From the human T2T-CHM13v2.0 reference genome, Homo sapiens: 64,000 bases of DNA. Shown piece by piece: positions 28,431-64,000 of this stretch. Within the stretch, counting starts at the first letter, position 1, and each line of letters begins with the position of its first letter. The notes under the pieces were generated by a model, which did no database searches, was not told the origin of the DNA, and was given only the letters and a program-made list of their open reading frames with translations. The position numbers were made by a program, and so were the translations under genes. The DNA lies in assembly GCF_009914755.1 (NCBI RefSeq), contig NC_060931.1. One strand, given 5' to 3'.

Positions 28431-30057
28431 GGCTGCTCACAAACAATGAAATGACCTCTCCCTCTCCCTCTCCCTCTCCCTCTCCCATGGTCTCCCTCTC
28501 CCCGTGGTCTCCCTCTCCCTCTCTTTCCACCGTCTCCCTCTCATGCCGAGCCAAAGCTGAACTATACTGCTGCCATCTCGGCTCACTGCAACCTCCCTGC
28601 CTGATTCTCCTGCCTCAGCCTGCAGAGTGCCTGCAATTGCAGGCGTGCGCCGCCACGCCTGACTGGTTTTCGTATTTTTTTGGTGGAGACGGGGTTTCCC
28701 TGTGTTGGCCGGGCTGGTCTCCAGCTCCTAACCGCGAGTGATCCGCCAGCCTCGGCCTCCCGAGGTGCTGGGATTGCAGACGGAGTCTGGTTTACTCAGT
28801 GCTCAATGGTGCCCAGGCTGGAGTGCAGTGGCGTGATCTCGGCTCGCTACAACCTCCACCTCCCAGCCGCCTGCCTTGGCCTCCCGAAGTGCCGAGATTG
28901 CAGCCTCCGCCCGGCCGCCACCCCGTCTGGGAAGTGAGGAGTGTCTCTGCCTGGCCGCCCATCGTCTGGGATGTGAGGAGCCCCTCTGCCTGGCTGCCCA
29001 GTCTGGAAAGTGAGGAGCGTCTCTGCCCGGCCACCATCCCATCTGGGAAGTGAGGAGCGCCTCTTCCCGGCCGCCATCACATCTAGGAAGTGAGGAGCGT
29101 CTCTGCCCGGCCGCCCATCGTCTGGGATGTGGGGAGCGCCTCTGCCCCGCCGCCCCGTCTGGGATGTGAGGAGTGCCTCTGCCCGGCCGCCACCCCGTCT
29201 GGGAGGTGAGGAGCATCTCTGCCCGGCCGCCTCGTCTGAGAAGTGAGGAGACCCTCCGCCCAGCAGCCGCCCCGTCTGAGAAGTGAGGAGCCTCTCCGCC
29301 CGGCAGCCACCCCGTCCGGGAGGGAGGTGGGGGGTGTCAGCCTCCCGCCAGGCCAGCCGCCCCATCTGGGAGGGAGGTGGGGGCGTCAGCCCCCCACCCG
29401 GCCAGCCGCCCCGTCTGGGAGGGAGGTGGGGGGGTCAGCCCCCCGCCCGGCCAGCAGCCCCGTCCGGGAGGTGAGGGGCACCTCTGCCCGGCCACCCCTA
29501 CTGGGAAGTGAGGAGCCCCTCTGCCCAGCCACCACCCCGTCTGGGAGGTGTACCCAACAGCTCATTGAGAACGGGCCATGATGACAATGGCGGTTTTGTG
29601 GAATAGAAAGGGGGGAAAGGTGGGGAAAAGATTGAGAAATCGGATGGTTGCCGTGTCTGTGTAGAAAGAAGTAGACATGGGAGACTTTTCATTTTGTTCT
29701 GTACTAAGAAAAATTCTTCTGCCTTGGGATCCTGTTGATCTGTGACCTTACCCCCAACCCTGTGCTGTCTGAAACATGTGCTGTGTCCACTCAGAGTTAA
29801 ATGGATTAAGGGCGGTGCAAGATGTGCTTTGTTAAACAGATGCTTGAAGGCAGCATGCTCATTAAGAGTCACCACCACTCCCTAATCTCAAGTACCCAGG
29901 GACACAAACGCTGCGGAAGGCCGCAGGGACCTCTGCCTAGGAAAACCAGAGACCTTTGTTCACGTGTTTATCTGCCGACCTTCCCTCCACTATTGTCCTA
30001 TGACCCTGCCAAATCCCCCTCTGTGAGAAACACCCAAGAATGATCAATAAAAAAAAA
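28431..30057 (+). mobile_element. Full-length SVA retrotransposon
   Basis: (CCCTCT)n hexamer from about 28455, antisense Alu-like region, GC-rich VNTR (about 28900-29550), SINE-R (about 29560-30045), AATAAA and poly(A); TSD AAAAAAGAAAACTG at 28417-28430 and 30058-30071. Confidence 0.97.
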
Positions 30058-30129
30058 AAAAAAGAAAACTGAAGCTCCAGATATGCAAGGTGATACTAAG
30101 ATAGCATATTTGTGCTTTAAAAGAGTTTG

Positions 30130-30725
<596 letters not shown>

Positions 30726-30949
30726 CCATCTCTTTAAAAAAAAAAAAAAAGAGAGAGAGAGAGTTTCCATGTCCAAATGGATTCTATACTTAAATCAACC
30801 TGGACAATTATGTGGGTCTCTCCAATCACACAAAGAGAAGTGAAACAGTCCCTGACATCAACAAGTTCCCAGTCTAGAAAGGGAGCAAGATATACATGCA
30901 TGCCACAGAGCAAAAAATGATTGGTAAGAACTGTTAAAGATAACCTATC

Positions 30950-34267
<3,318 letters not shown>

Positions 34268-35700
34268 TTATATATTATATAATATATAATTTTTAATGGG
34301 TAAATAAGCCAAAGAATATATAATAACAATCTGAGGAAGAGACCTCGGGGAAAAGGAGGGTGAGAAGATGCCTTTCTGTGGTGAGAAAAAAAAATCATCC
34401 CTGGAATCTGATAAATGGCGATCCATTTCCACACCACCGGGTCCGGGTGCTCAAGTCTGCTGGCTTTGAATGGGCATCTGTCTTTCACAATTCCAAGCCG
34501 ATTTTCACTGGTACATCAGCAAGCTGCTGCTGCTGCCAGGGTCCCCTTCACAGGGCCACCTCCCAGCCAGCCCGTTCCTTCCCCTCAACCCCCCTCCTTT
34601 CCCCTCAACCCCCCTCCCTGGGCCAGCGCCAACCAGGTTCTTACCCCTGATCATATGCTTCTACACCCACCAACAGTGAATGAAACTCTGAGGACCCAAG
34701 TCTTCCACCCCCACCTGGGCATGGGTTTTGAAGTGTGGGCCATTCAAGGCCCTCTGTGATCTGTTCCAGATGTCTGTCACATCCAACATTTGCTAGAGAT
34801 TTATTATGTGCTATGCTGAGTCTTTTGCAGGCATTTGCTCATTCAATACTCACCCCCACTCAGGTGATTCATCCCCCTTGATGATTTTGGGGAGCTCAGT
34901 CAGGCTCCGAGAGGAGAAGGAGCCCCCACCAGGTCACATGGGTAGGTCTCATGGGATTTGAACCCAGGCTCCAATGCACCCAGGGAAGAAAACCTCGCCC
35001 ATCCCATCCATCTGTCGAGTTTGGTGTGCGGCCTGCACCTAAAACGCCTGCCTCTTCCTGAAGCCCCCATTTGTCTTGAGAAATAGAAAGAGAGAGAGAG
35101 AGAAAAAAAAACAATAATTGAATGAGCAATTCAAAACAGTATTTTAATGCTAAACGTGCTTATATCACGGAGTAGAATGCAAACTATGTAGGAGCATATT
35201 TAAGACAAAGCTGACAGTTTCAGGGAGAAGTGGGCCCTGGAGCCCTTCAATCTGAGTCTCAGGATACCGGGTGGGTGCAGAGAGGAGGCCTGGCCTCTCC
35301 CCTCCTGACTCCTGCTCTGCCATCAGCCTTGCCCACCCACTCCTCAGTCTCTTTGTCCACACTGTACTCCCCTCAGCCCCCACCCTACTGTGTACGAGAC
35401 CCCCACTCTTCCCCAGGAACCCCCTTCTTTCCTCTGAACTCCCCGACTCTCTCCTCCACCCCTAGCATGTGTTGGCCATTTAGTAAACCACGGTGCGCTG
35501 TACGTTTCCTTTTCATGGGCACTTTTCAATGTCTCCAATAAAAGCAGCATCTCCTGGTGGCTAAGAGGTGGCCATTGCTTCTCCAAATGGCCCAGAGCCA
35601 CATCTTGCCCATGGTACACGCTCTCGGGGACCACAAGCTGAGAGCTTCAAGGGCAGGTATTTCCCTGTAATTTGGGGCCATCCCTACCAAAAAGCTATAG

Positions 35701-46707
<11,007 letters not shown>

Positions 46708-46799
46708 TTAGCTGCTGGGTGCAGCTGCCCAAGGGGGCACTGCGGGGCCCGATGCCGCCCTCCATCCAGGTCACCACTGCACCTCCACGACCACCCACA

Positions 46800-47700
46800 G
46801 GGGCCCCACTTTGCAGGCGAGAGCCCGGGCTCAGAGGCCAGTGGCCGGCCTGCGCAAGGACACGCAGCAGGTGAACCCTCCGCAAGGCGAGGAGCAGGGC
46901 TGGGAAGGGCGAGGGCGCCTCTCCGCGCCCCTCCCCTGCCCGGCCGCAGAGCCCGGCCCCGCCCCGGGCCCTGCTCGCGGCCCGCCCTGCGCCGCCACTG
47001 CGCAAGCGCAGGAGGAGCAGCGCGGCGCAACCTTAAGGCGCATGCGCGGGCGGCGCAGACTTGCGGAAGGCTCCGTTCCCCTCGCGTGAATCCGCCGATC
47101 CGGGCTTTGGGGCCCGCCGGGAGCTCTGTTTATAAACACACGGCGCGGCTGCCGGCGAGGGGTAACCCTAAGGGGAGTGGGGTCGGAGGTCAGAGGTCAG
47201 CGGGCGCGGGGTCGCCGGCTGTGAGACCGGCCCCGCCACCCTCGGGGACTGCTGGCTGCGCAGCGTGGCCGGCCGGACCGCCCTACTACGCACCGGGGCT
47301 GCCGGGGCGCCACGTGGTGCGCACGTGGTCCGGCCCCGGCGCGGCAGCTCCCCTCCCCCACCACGCGAGCCTGGCCGCAGCGCCCGCTGGCGGCGCGGCG
47401 TTGCACATTGCGCGTGCGCACAACTCGCCGCGAGGCGCCTTCCGGTGGCGCGGCGGGGTCGGTTGCCTCCTCGCGACGGCTGCGCCGGGATGTTCCGGGG
47501 CGGTGGGGTCGCCTGCCCAATGTCGGGTGCGCGAGTGACGGGTGGAAGCTGGATTTGTGCGCGTTCTTCAATGCTCCAAAGGGAGGAGGGAGCCTCCGAG
47601 AGTCCACGTGGGGCCGGTGGGATTCGCAGGGTCCGTTTTCTAAACATTGGGTGTCCTCGAACCTGGGGGCGCGGGCTGTGTCCGCCCCCAGCAGGGATGA
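46800..47700. promoter_or_regulatory. CpG island with promoter-type motifs
   Basis: Non-repetitive and very CpG/GC rich. NRF1-type motifs at 46999-47010, 47038-47047 and 47409-47420; CACGTG at 47311, 47322 and 47605; GC boxes; TGTTTATAAACA at 47127-47138. Confidence 0.88.
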
Positions 47701-48698
47701 CCATGCCTGGGTCAGTGGCTGCATAAATAAATAAACGAATGGGGAGGAAATTGATAAAATATTAAAAGAGTGTTGTTTCAGAGTTTTTACTATGTCACCT
47801 CTTACAGATTTATGAGAGTTTGTTGTTGTTTTTTGGAGAAGAGGGGTCTCCCTATGTTACCCAGGCTGGTCTCAAACTCCTGGGCTCAATCCATCCGTCC
47901 GCCTCAGCCTCCTGAAGTGCTAGGATTACAGGCGTGAGCCATGGTGCCCGGCCTGTTGATGAGATTCTACGTGAAATATATTGGGCGTTACCTAAGCACT
48001 CAGTCAGTGGTAGTTCTTATAGTTGTTGCTTAAAAACAGAAAGAAATGTCATACCGTGTTCTAAAAGGATTTGAGAAAGGTTTGCAAAGACTAAAAAGCA
48101 AGTGGCAGGGAAAAATAACATACGCAAACTTCCTCCTGACTTTCTGCCATTTTATAGCAAAGGCTCAGAATTGCATTGCCATTGTCGGTTGTTTCGGTAA
48201 AATTAGTGTTCCTCAAGTTATCTACTCCAGGGACATTTTTTTTTTCTTGAGACAGGGTCTTACTCTGTTGCCCAGGCTCGAGTGCAGTGGCACAGCCATG
48301 ACTCACTGCAGCCTCAGCCTCCGGGGTCAAGTGATTCTCCTGCTTCAGTCTCCCGAGTAGCCGGGATTACAGGCGCGAGCCTCCATGCCCAGCTAATTTT
48401 TGTATTAATGTACTTTATAGGAGACAGGGTTTTGCCATGTTACCCAGGCTGGTTTCGAACTCCTGGCTTCAAGTAATCCTCCCACCTTAGCCTCCCAAAG
48501 TGCTGAGATTACAGGCATGAGTCACCACACCCAGCTCAGCAATATCCTTTATTATTTTATTTTTTATTTTTGTAGAAACGAGTCTCACTGTATTGCGCAG
48601 GCTGGTTTCAAACGCCTGGCCTCAAGCAATCCTCCCACCTCAGCCTCCCAAAGTGCTCGGATTACAGGTCTGAGCCACCGCTGCCAGCGCATCTTAAA

Positions 48699-49312
<614 letters not shown>

Positions 49313-49434
49313 AATACCTACTATGTGCCAGATACTGCTCTGGACTCTGAGGTGCCTGGGTAACCTCTATTTAGGTCAACGGAAAATCTAAACGTGGTTA
49401 CATTATAAAGCAAAGCCAGGAAGTACATATCCTA

Positions 49435-51450
<2,016 letters not shown>

Positions 51451-51519
51451 CTTATCTGTAAGTGGAGATGGGCTTTGGGGATGGTAGACAGAGTTCCATT
51501 TCTTAGCATGGGTCACCCT

Positions 51520-55405
<3,886 letters not shown>

Positions 55406-56769
55406 TCCAGTGATTGTTAAATGAATGAAGGAAAGGCACCTGGGCTCTGAGAAAGAGAAGCACCCTGATTTGATCCTCAGTCTAATGCGACCAAAACAAC
55501 ATGATCATTCCCGCCATCCAACCTCCGGGACAAACGCAAGCCAAGGAAGCACCAAGCCAGCATGAGATCCACACCAGCGAGGGTTTCCAGGCCTGGGCCT
55601 GCTGACCGCTGCCTTCCTCCCTCTTTAACTCTGCTGTACCTTGTCACCCTCCTCTCACTTCCAGAGCTCCCCCTCGCTTCTGCTGTGATATTAAGAGGCC
55701 CACAGAGCCTGCTCAAAGCTCAGTCAAGGCTAACCAAAAGCCATCTTCCCGTTCACAAACCCGCATCTTCTCTCCACCACCCCAGCCTCAGAGTCTCCTG
55801 TCCCGTCCCCCTTCCCTGGAAGCCAAAACATCACGGCCCTGCCATTGCACATTTGCTCTCATCTGCAGAATTTCACAAAAGAAACCAAGGGCCTCTGGGC
55901 CCCCACTCCAGCCCCAAGCGCTCTGCCAAGGAGGGAGGCCCCTGCTGTTCATGCTGCCCCGTGTGCAGGCAGACGGATCTTCCCAGGCCGGCTTAGGTCA
56001 TGAGGTTGGCCTGGCAGGGATGAAACGGGGCCGGATGAGGACTGGATTGCAGCAGGCAGCCCGTGAGGCTTTATCGCCGTTTTCTGCGGAACAAAGGCCC
56101 GGCTGGCCCTGGGAGCTGATGCTGCTGCTCTATTGAAATCTCGAGGTGGTTCTCTATTAATCACTCCCCCTGGCGCCTCAGAGGCCCAAAAAGGAGTCAA
56201 ACAAAACCTCTTTTCTAAGCAGGATGAGGTTTGCAGAGGCCTGAGCAGAAAGATTCCCCTGGCGCCTCTCACCAGCTTAACACACAAGAAAAGCCTGCCT
56301 GGGTGCATTGAGGAGGGGAGGTTGGAACGTGACCAATTCCACTGGGGACCCCAAAGAGCTCCGTGCAGGGAGCAGGGTGGGTGAGCGAGAGGTCTCGCCT
56401 TCCTGCAGCCCCTCCCTTGTTTTATTTTAGAAACTGCAAAGACCCGATCAAATGATTTTTTTTTTAGTAGACATTCACTAGGAGCAGGGTAGAAAAAAAA
56501 CAAAACCTCCATTTTCTTTCCTCCTTAGACATAACCTTGAATCACAACTTCTTGGTTTCTCTTTTTTTTTAACCTGATGTTGCTGTTCTGCATTAACCAA
56601 TAACTGATCCTGCATTATTCATTAACTCATAAATATGAAGTGTGGCCTCTCTTTTTAAACAGACTAAAACACCAAGCAATCTTTTCCCCTGATAAGGCCT
56701 CACAGCCCCTGGGGACCAGGCCTGCTGCTCCTGGGTGTGCGTTTGTCTGTTACTGAGAAACAGCTCCCT

Positions 56770-58130
<1,361 letters not shown>

Positions 58131-58134
58131 GAGA

Positions 58135-58869
<735 letters not shown>

Positions 58870-59165
58870 GGTGCATGGATAGTCTAGCCCGCCATGTGCT
58901 GTGATCAGATCACAGAGGGAAATCTTACCATGGTTGTCAAAACCACTTCTACTATTGTGAGATTTTTTTTTTAACTAAAAAAAAAAAAAAAAAAGACACT
59001 CTAATTAGAGAGATGATTATAGTAATGCCTTTACGGTGCTGCCTAAGGATTAGACCTACAAAAGTGAAAAATTTACAGTACACCTGTGGGTCTACGCTGT
59101 TATTTGTCAGGAAGAATTCAAAGAACTCTCAGCTGATCTTTCTGGTTTGTTTTTGTTTGTTTTAG

Positions 59166-59327
<162 letters not shown>

Positions 59328-59398
59328 TAGAGATGGAGTCTCACTATGTTTCACAGGCTGGTCCCAAACTCCTGGCCTCAATTGATCCTCCAGCCTTG

Positions 59399-60541
<1,143 letters not shown>

Positions 60542-61126
60542 TTTGTTCTCTTTTTCCCCTTCGGTATTCCTCCCAAAGCACAAATTTGTAGTGTTTTGCA
60601 GAGTACTTGATTAATGCATGTACTATACAGTTATTTAAAATGATGTTGGCCCGGTGCAGTGACTCACACCTGTAATCCCAACACTTTGCAGGGGGGTGGG
60701 GGTGTGGGGCCCAAGGCAGGAGGATCATTTGAGGCCAGGAGTTTGAAACAAGTCTGGGCAAGATAGCAAGGCCCTGTCCCTACAAAGAATAAAAAAATTA
60801 ACCAGGCATGGTGATGCACACCTGTGTCCCAATTCCTCAGGAGGCTGAGGCCAGAGGATCACTTGAGCCCACAAAATTGAGGCTGCAAGTGAGCCATGAT
60901 CCTGCCAGACAAGGTGACAGAGCGAGCCCTTGTCTATTAAAAAAAAAAATTAATTCTGTCAACTAAGAATTTTTAAGAACATGGGGAAATACCACATAAA
61001 GTGAAAGAAAAAAAAAGGAAGAAAAGCTGAAAATAGCCAGCTGTAAGGTTAGGCATAAGATTTGTTTCTTTTATGTATATATTTCCTAATTCCCTACAAT
61101 GAATGCATGCTGCAGTTCTAATTGAG

Positions 61127-61247
61127 AGAAATATCATTTTTTAAACGAGATGTAACAGAAACGGGAACAACGCTCTAATATCCTTTTCTCCCAGATGCTA
61201 CCTTTTTCTGACGATTGACTTTTGTAGTCCATTTAAGTTCCTTGTAT
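61127..61247 (+). repeat. Dispersed direct repeat, copy 1 (~120 bp)
   Basis: AGAAATATCATTT ... GAGATGTAACAGAAACGGGAACA ... GATTGACTTTTGTAGTCCATT ... AAGTTCCTTGTAT also occurs at 63043-63159. Confidence 0.93.
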
Positions 61248-62010
61248 GCAATTCTTGAGATGCTAGCTTGTTGCTTGGTAACAGTCATTTCTAATGAGGC
61301 CTTTTTCTCACTGGTCCCCTTCAGCAGGGCTGAGCTGCAGAGCAATCTGCTGTGAAATGATTTCAGGCCAGGGCCACAATGAAACTACCTGGCCTTCTCA
61401 ATTACCAAGTGGACGTTGGTACCATTGGCAATTTCCCAAAACATTACATTGAACAAATGTACTGGAAAGAATAACACCTTCAAGATTCATGGTTCCCTGT
61501 TTTTGCTTCAACTTGCAGGTGTGCAAATCTCTCCTTCTATCTGTCCCTCGCATACTGCTGGTCCCCAGAGTTCTGTCTCTGTCCTGCTGCAGCACATACC
61601 TTTTGGTTGCCTACCTATCCGTCCCTTCCCCCTTTTCCTATCCAGAGAACCCAGATTTTGTCCAGATACTCATTTTCCATCAGCTTCAGGGGAGATGAAC
61701 CCCAGTTCCTAAGAGAGAATCATGGCAGAGCCAAGAAAAGCAAGGTGATCCCAGACACCTCTCCAGGAATTGGGTCCAAGCATGGACACATGATGTCACT
61801 GTGGCAAGTGAGACTAGGGGAAACATGCTAGGGGAGAGGAGCACCTGAAAAAAAGGGTGTTTGTTCCTAAAAAGAGATGAATAAAGCAAAAATGGTATCT
61901 GGATCCTGCATTGTGGATGGAAGGCCTGCAGTCCCTGCAGCCATCTTGAAATAATCAGAGCCAACGTACCAGGATAGAGGGGATGAATGGCAGAAAGAAA
62001 TGGAATCCTT

Positions 62011-62768
<758 letters not shown>

Positions 62769-62789
62769 ATTAAACAAGTTATTAAAAAC

Positions 62790-63445
62790 ATTAATCTCAA
62801 AGGAAAATAGTGATATATTTGACTGAATTAAAATTAAGAAGATGTTCATCAATGTACAGCCACAAAAAGAAAATGAAAATCAAAAGACCAGTCACAGAGA
62901 GTAGTAGGAGATACCTGCAACACATATAGCCAACCAGGACCAGTAATTTTCCTACTGTTCAAAGAACTTCAAACCAATAAGGACAAAACAGATGACCCTA
63001 TTAGAAAATGGGCAAAAGACTGGAATAGGCACTTCACAAAATAGAAATATCATTTCTTAAATGAGATGTAACAGAAACGGGAACAGTGCTCTAATATTCC
63101 TTTTCTCCCATATGCTTTCTTGATGATTGACTTTTGTAGTCCATTGAAGTTCCTTGTATTCACAAAGGGGGGCAGTCCAAATGGCCAATAAACATTTGAA
63201 AAGGCACTCAATCTCATTAGACGTCATTCAAGTGCCTATTAAAACAGTAGTGAGATACATTTATACTCTTTAGGCTGGCAGAAATTTTAAAGCCAAGTGA
63301 TAACAAAGATGTAAAGCAATGGGAACTCTTAGACACTACAGGTGGGAGTGTAGATTGGTGCAATCGCTTTGGAAAATAGTTTGGCATTACCTAAAACATT
63401 TGAACTTTGCATATCCTATGACTCAGCAAATCTGCTTCTAGACTC
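62790..63445 (+). mobile_element. Old L1M ORF2 3' fossil
   Basis: AGAAAATGGGCAAAAGAC, AAATGGCCAATAAACAT, TTTGGAAAATAGTTTGGCA, TATGACTCAGCAA. Confidence 0.75.
63043..63159 (+). repeat. Dispersed direct repeat, copy 2, inserted in an L1M fossil
   Basis: Matches 61127-61247 and is flanked by TTCACAAA on both sides. Confidence 0.9.
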
Positions 63446-63457
63446 AAAACCTAGAAC

Positions 63458-63625
63458 AATCATTCTCAAACCTTAGCCTGCATCAGAATCTCATGGAAGA
63501 CTTTAAGCTCCCCTCCCAGAGTTTGAATCAGTGGATCAGGGGTGGGACCTGAGAATGTGTATTTCTGACAAGTTCCTAGGTGATGCTGATGCTGCTGGTG
63601 TGAGGATCACACTTTGAGAAACATG
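63458..63625. mobile_element. MER5A-like DNA transposon fossil
   Basis: TTCTCAAAC ... GCATCAGAATC ... GGTGATGCTGATGCTGCTGGT ... CACACTTTGAGAA; similar remnants at about 37240-37370 and 38290-38400. Confidence 0.7.
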
Positions 63626-63709
63626 CACACCACCCAGATATACACACAAGACCTGCTAATGGAGTAACAACTGAAAATGTCCAACACCAGTTGAATGAAT
63701 AAAGTATGG

Positions 63710-64000
63710 CAGTGGTCCCCAACCTTTTTGGTACCAGGGACCAGTTTCATGGAAGACAATTTTTCCACAGACCAGAGTGGGGGGGATGGTTTTGGGATGA
63801 TTCAAGCACATTCCATTTATTGTGCACCTTACTTCTATTATTATTACACTGTAATATAGAATGAAATAATTATACAACTCATCATAATGCAGAATCAGTA
63901 GGCACTTGTTTTCCTGCAACGAGACAGTCCCATCTGGGGGTGATGGGAGATCATCAGGCATTAGATTCTCATGAGGAGTTGTGCAACCTGGATCTCTCGA
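63710..64000 (-). mobile_element. MER1A-like element, running off the window end
   Basis: CAGTGGTCCCCAACCTTTTTGGTACCAGGGACCAGTTTCATGGAAGAC is the reverse complement of the end of the element at 17478-17968. Confidence 0.8.

Noticed and set aside
28451-30043. Multiple overlapping Arg/Pro/Gly-rich ORFs
   Set aside because: They derive from the SVA VNTR and Alu-like region; SVA is non-coding.

Overview
Primate (almost certainly human) genomic DNA, very rich in Alu elements, with no recognisable cellular protein-coding exon. Bases 1-5514 are the 5' half of a HERV-K(HML-2) provirus on the minus strand: a 968-bp LTR5_Hs, a tRNA-Lys PBS, gag, pro and the RT/RNase H part of pol, integrated into an Alu. 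The flank GAAACC (GGTTTC on the proviral strand) matches my recollection of the K108/ERVK-6 (7p22.1) target site; that locus assignment is an inference. This copy has a nonsense codon in gag, a 1-bp deletion in pro and a nonsense codon early in pol, although the RT YIDD motif is intact. The rest holds dozens of Alus, an SVA with an apparent short 5' transduction, L1/L2/MIR/CR1 fossils, MaLR/ERVL LTRs, DNA-transposon fossils, an E-box-bearing minisatellite and a promoter-like CpG island at about 46.8-47.7 kb. The most striking structures not explained by ordinary repeats are a ~1.15-kb fold-back inverted duplication (59.4-60.5 kb), a ~120-bp locally templated insertion (61.1/63.0 kb) and a loop-less inverted Alu fusion (62.3-62.8 kb). 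I cannot support a new multi-gene system here; the findings are structural and regulatory. Coordinates of old repeats are approximate, and subfamily names come from recalled consensus sequences.
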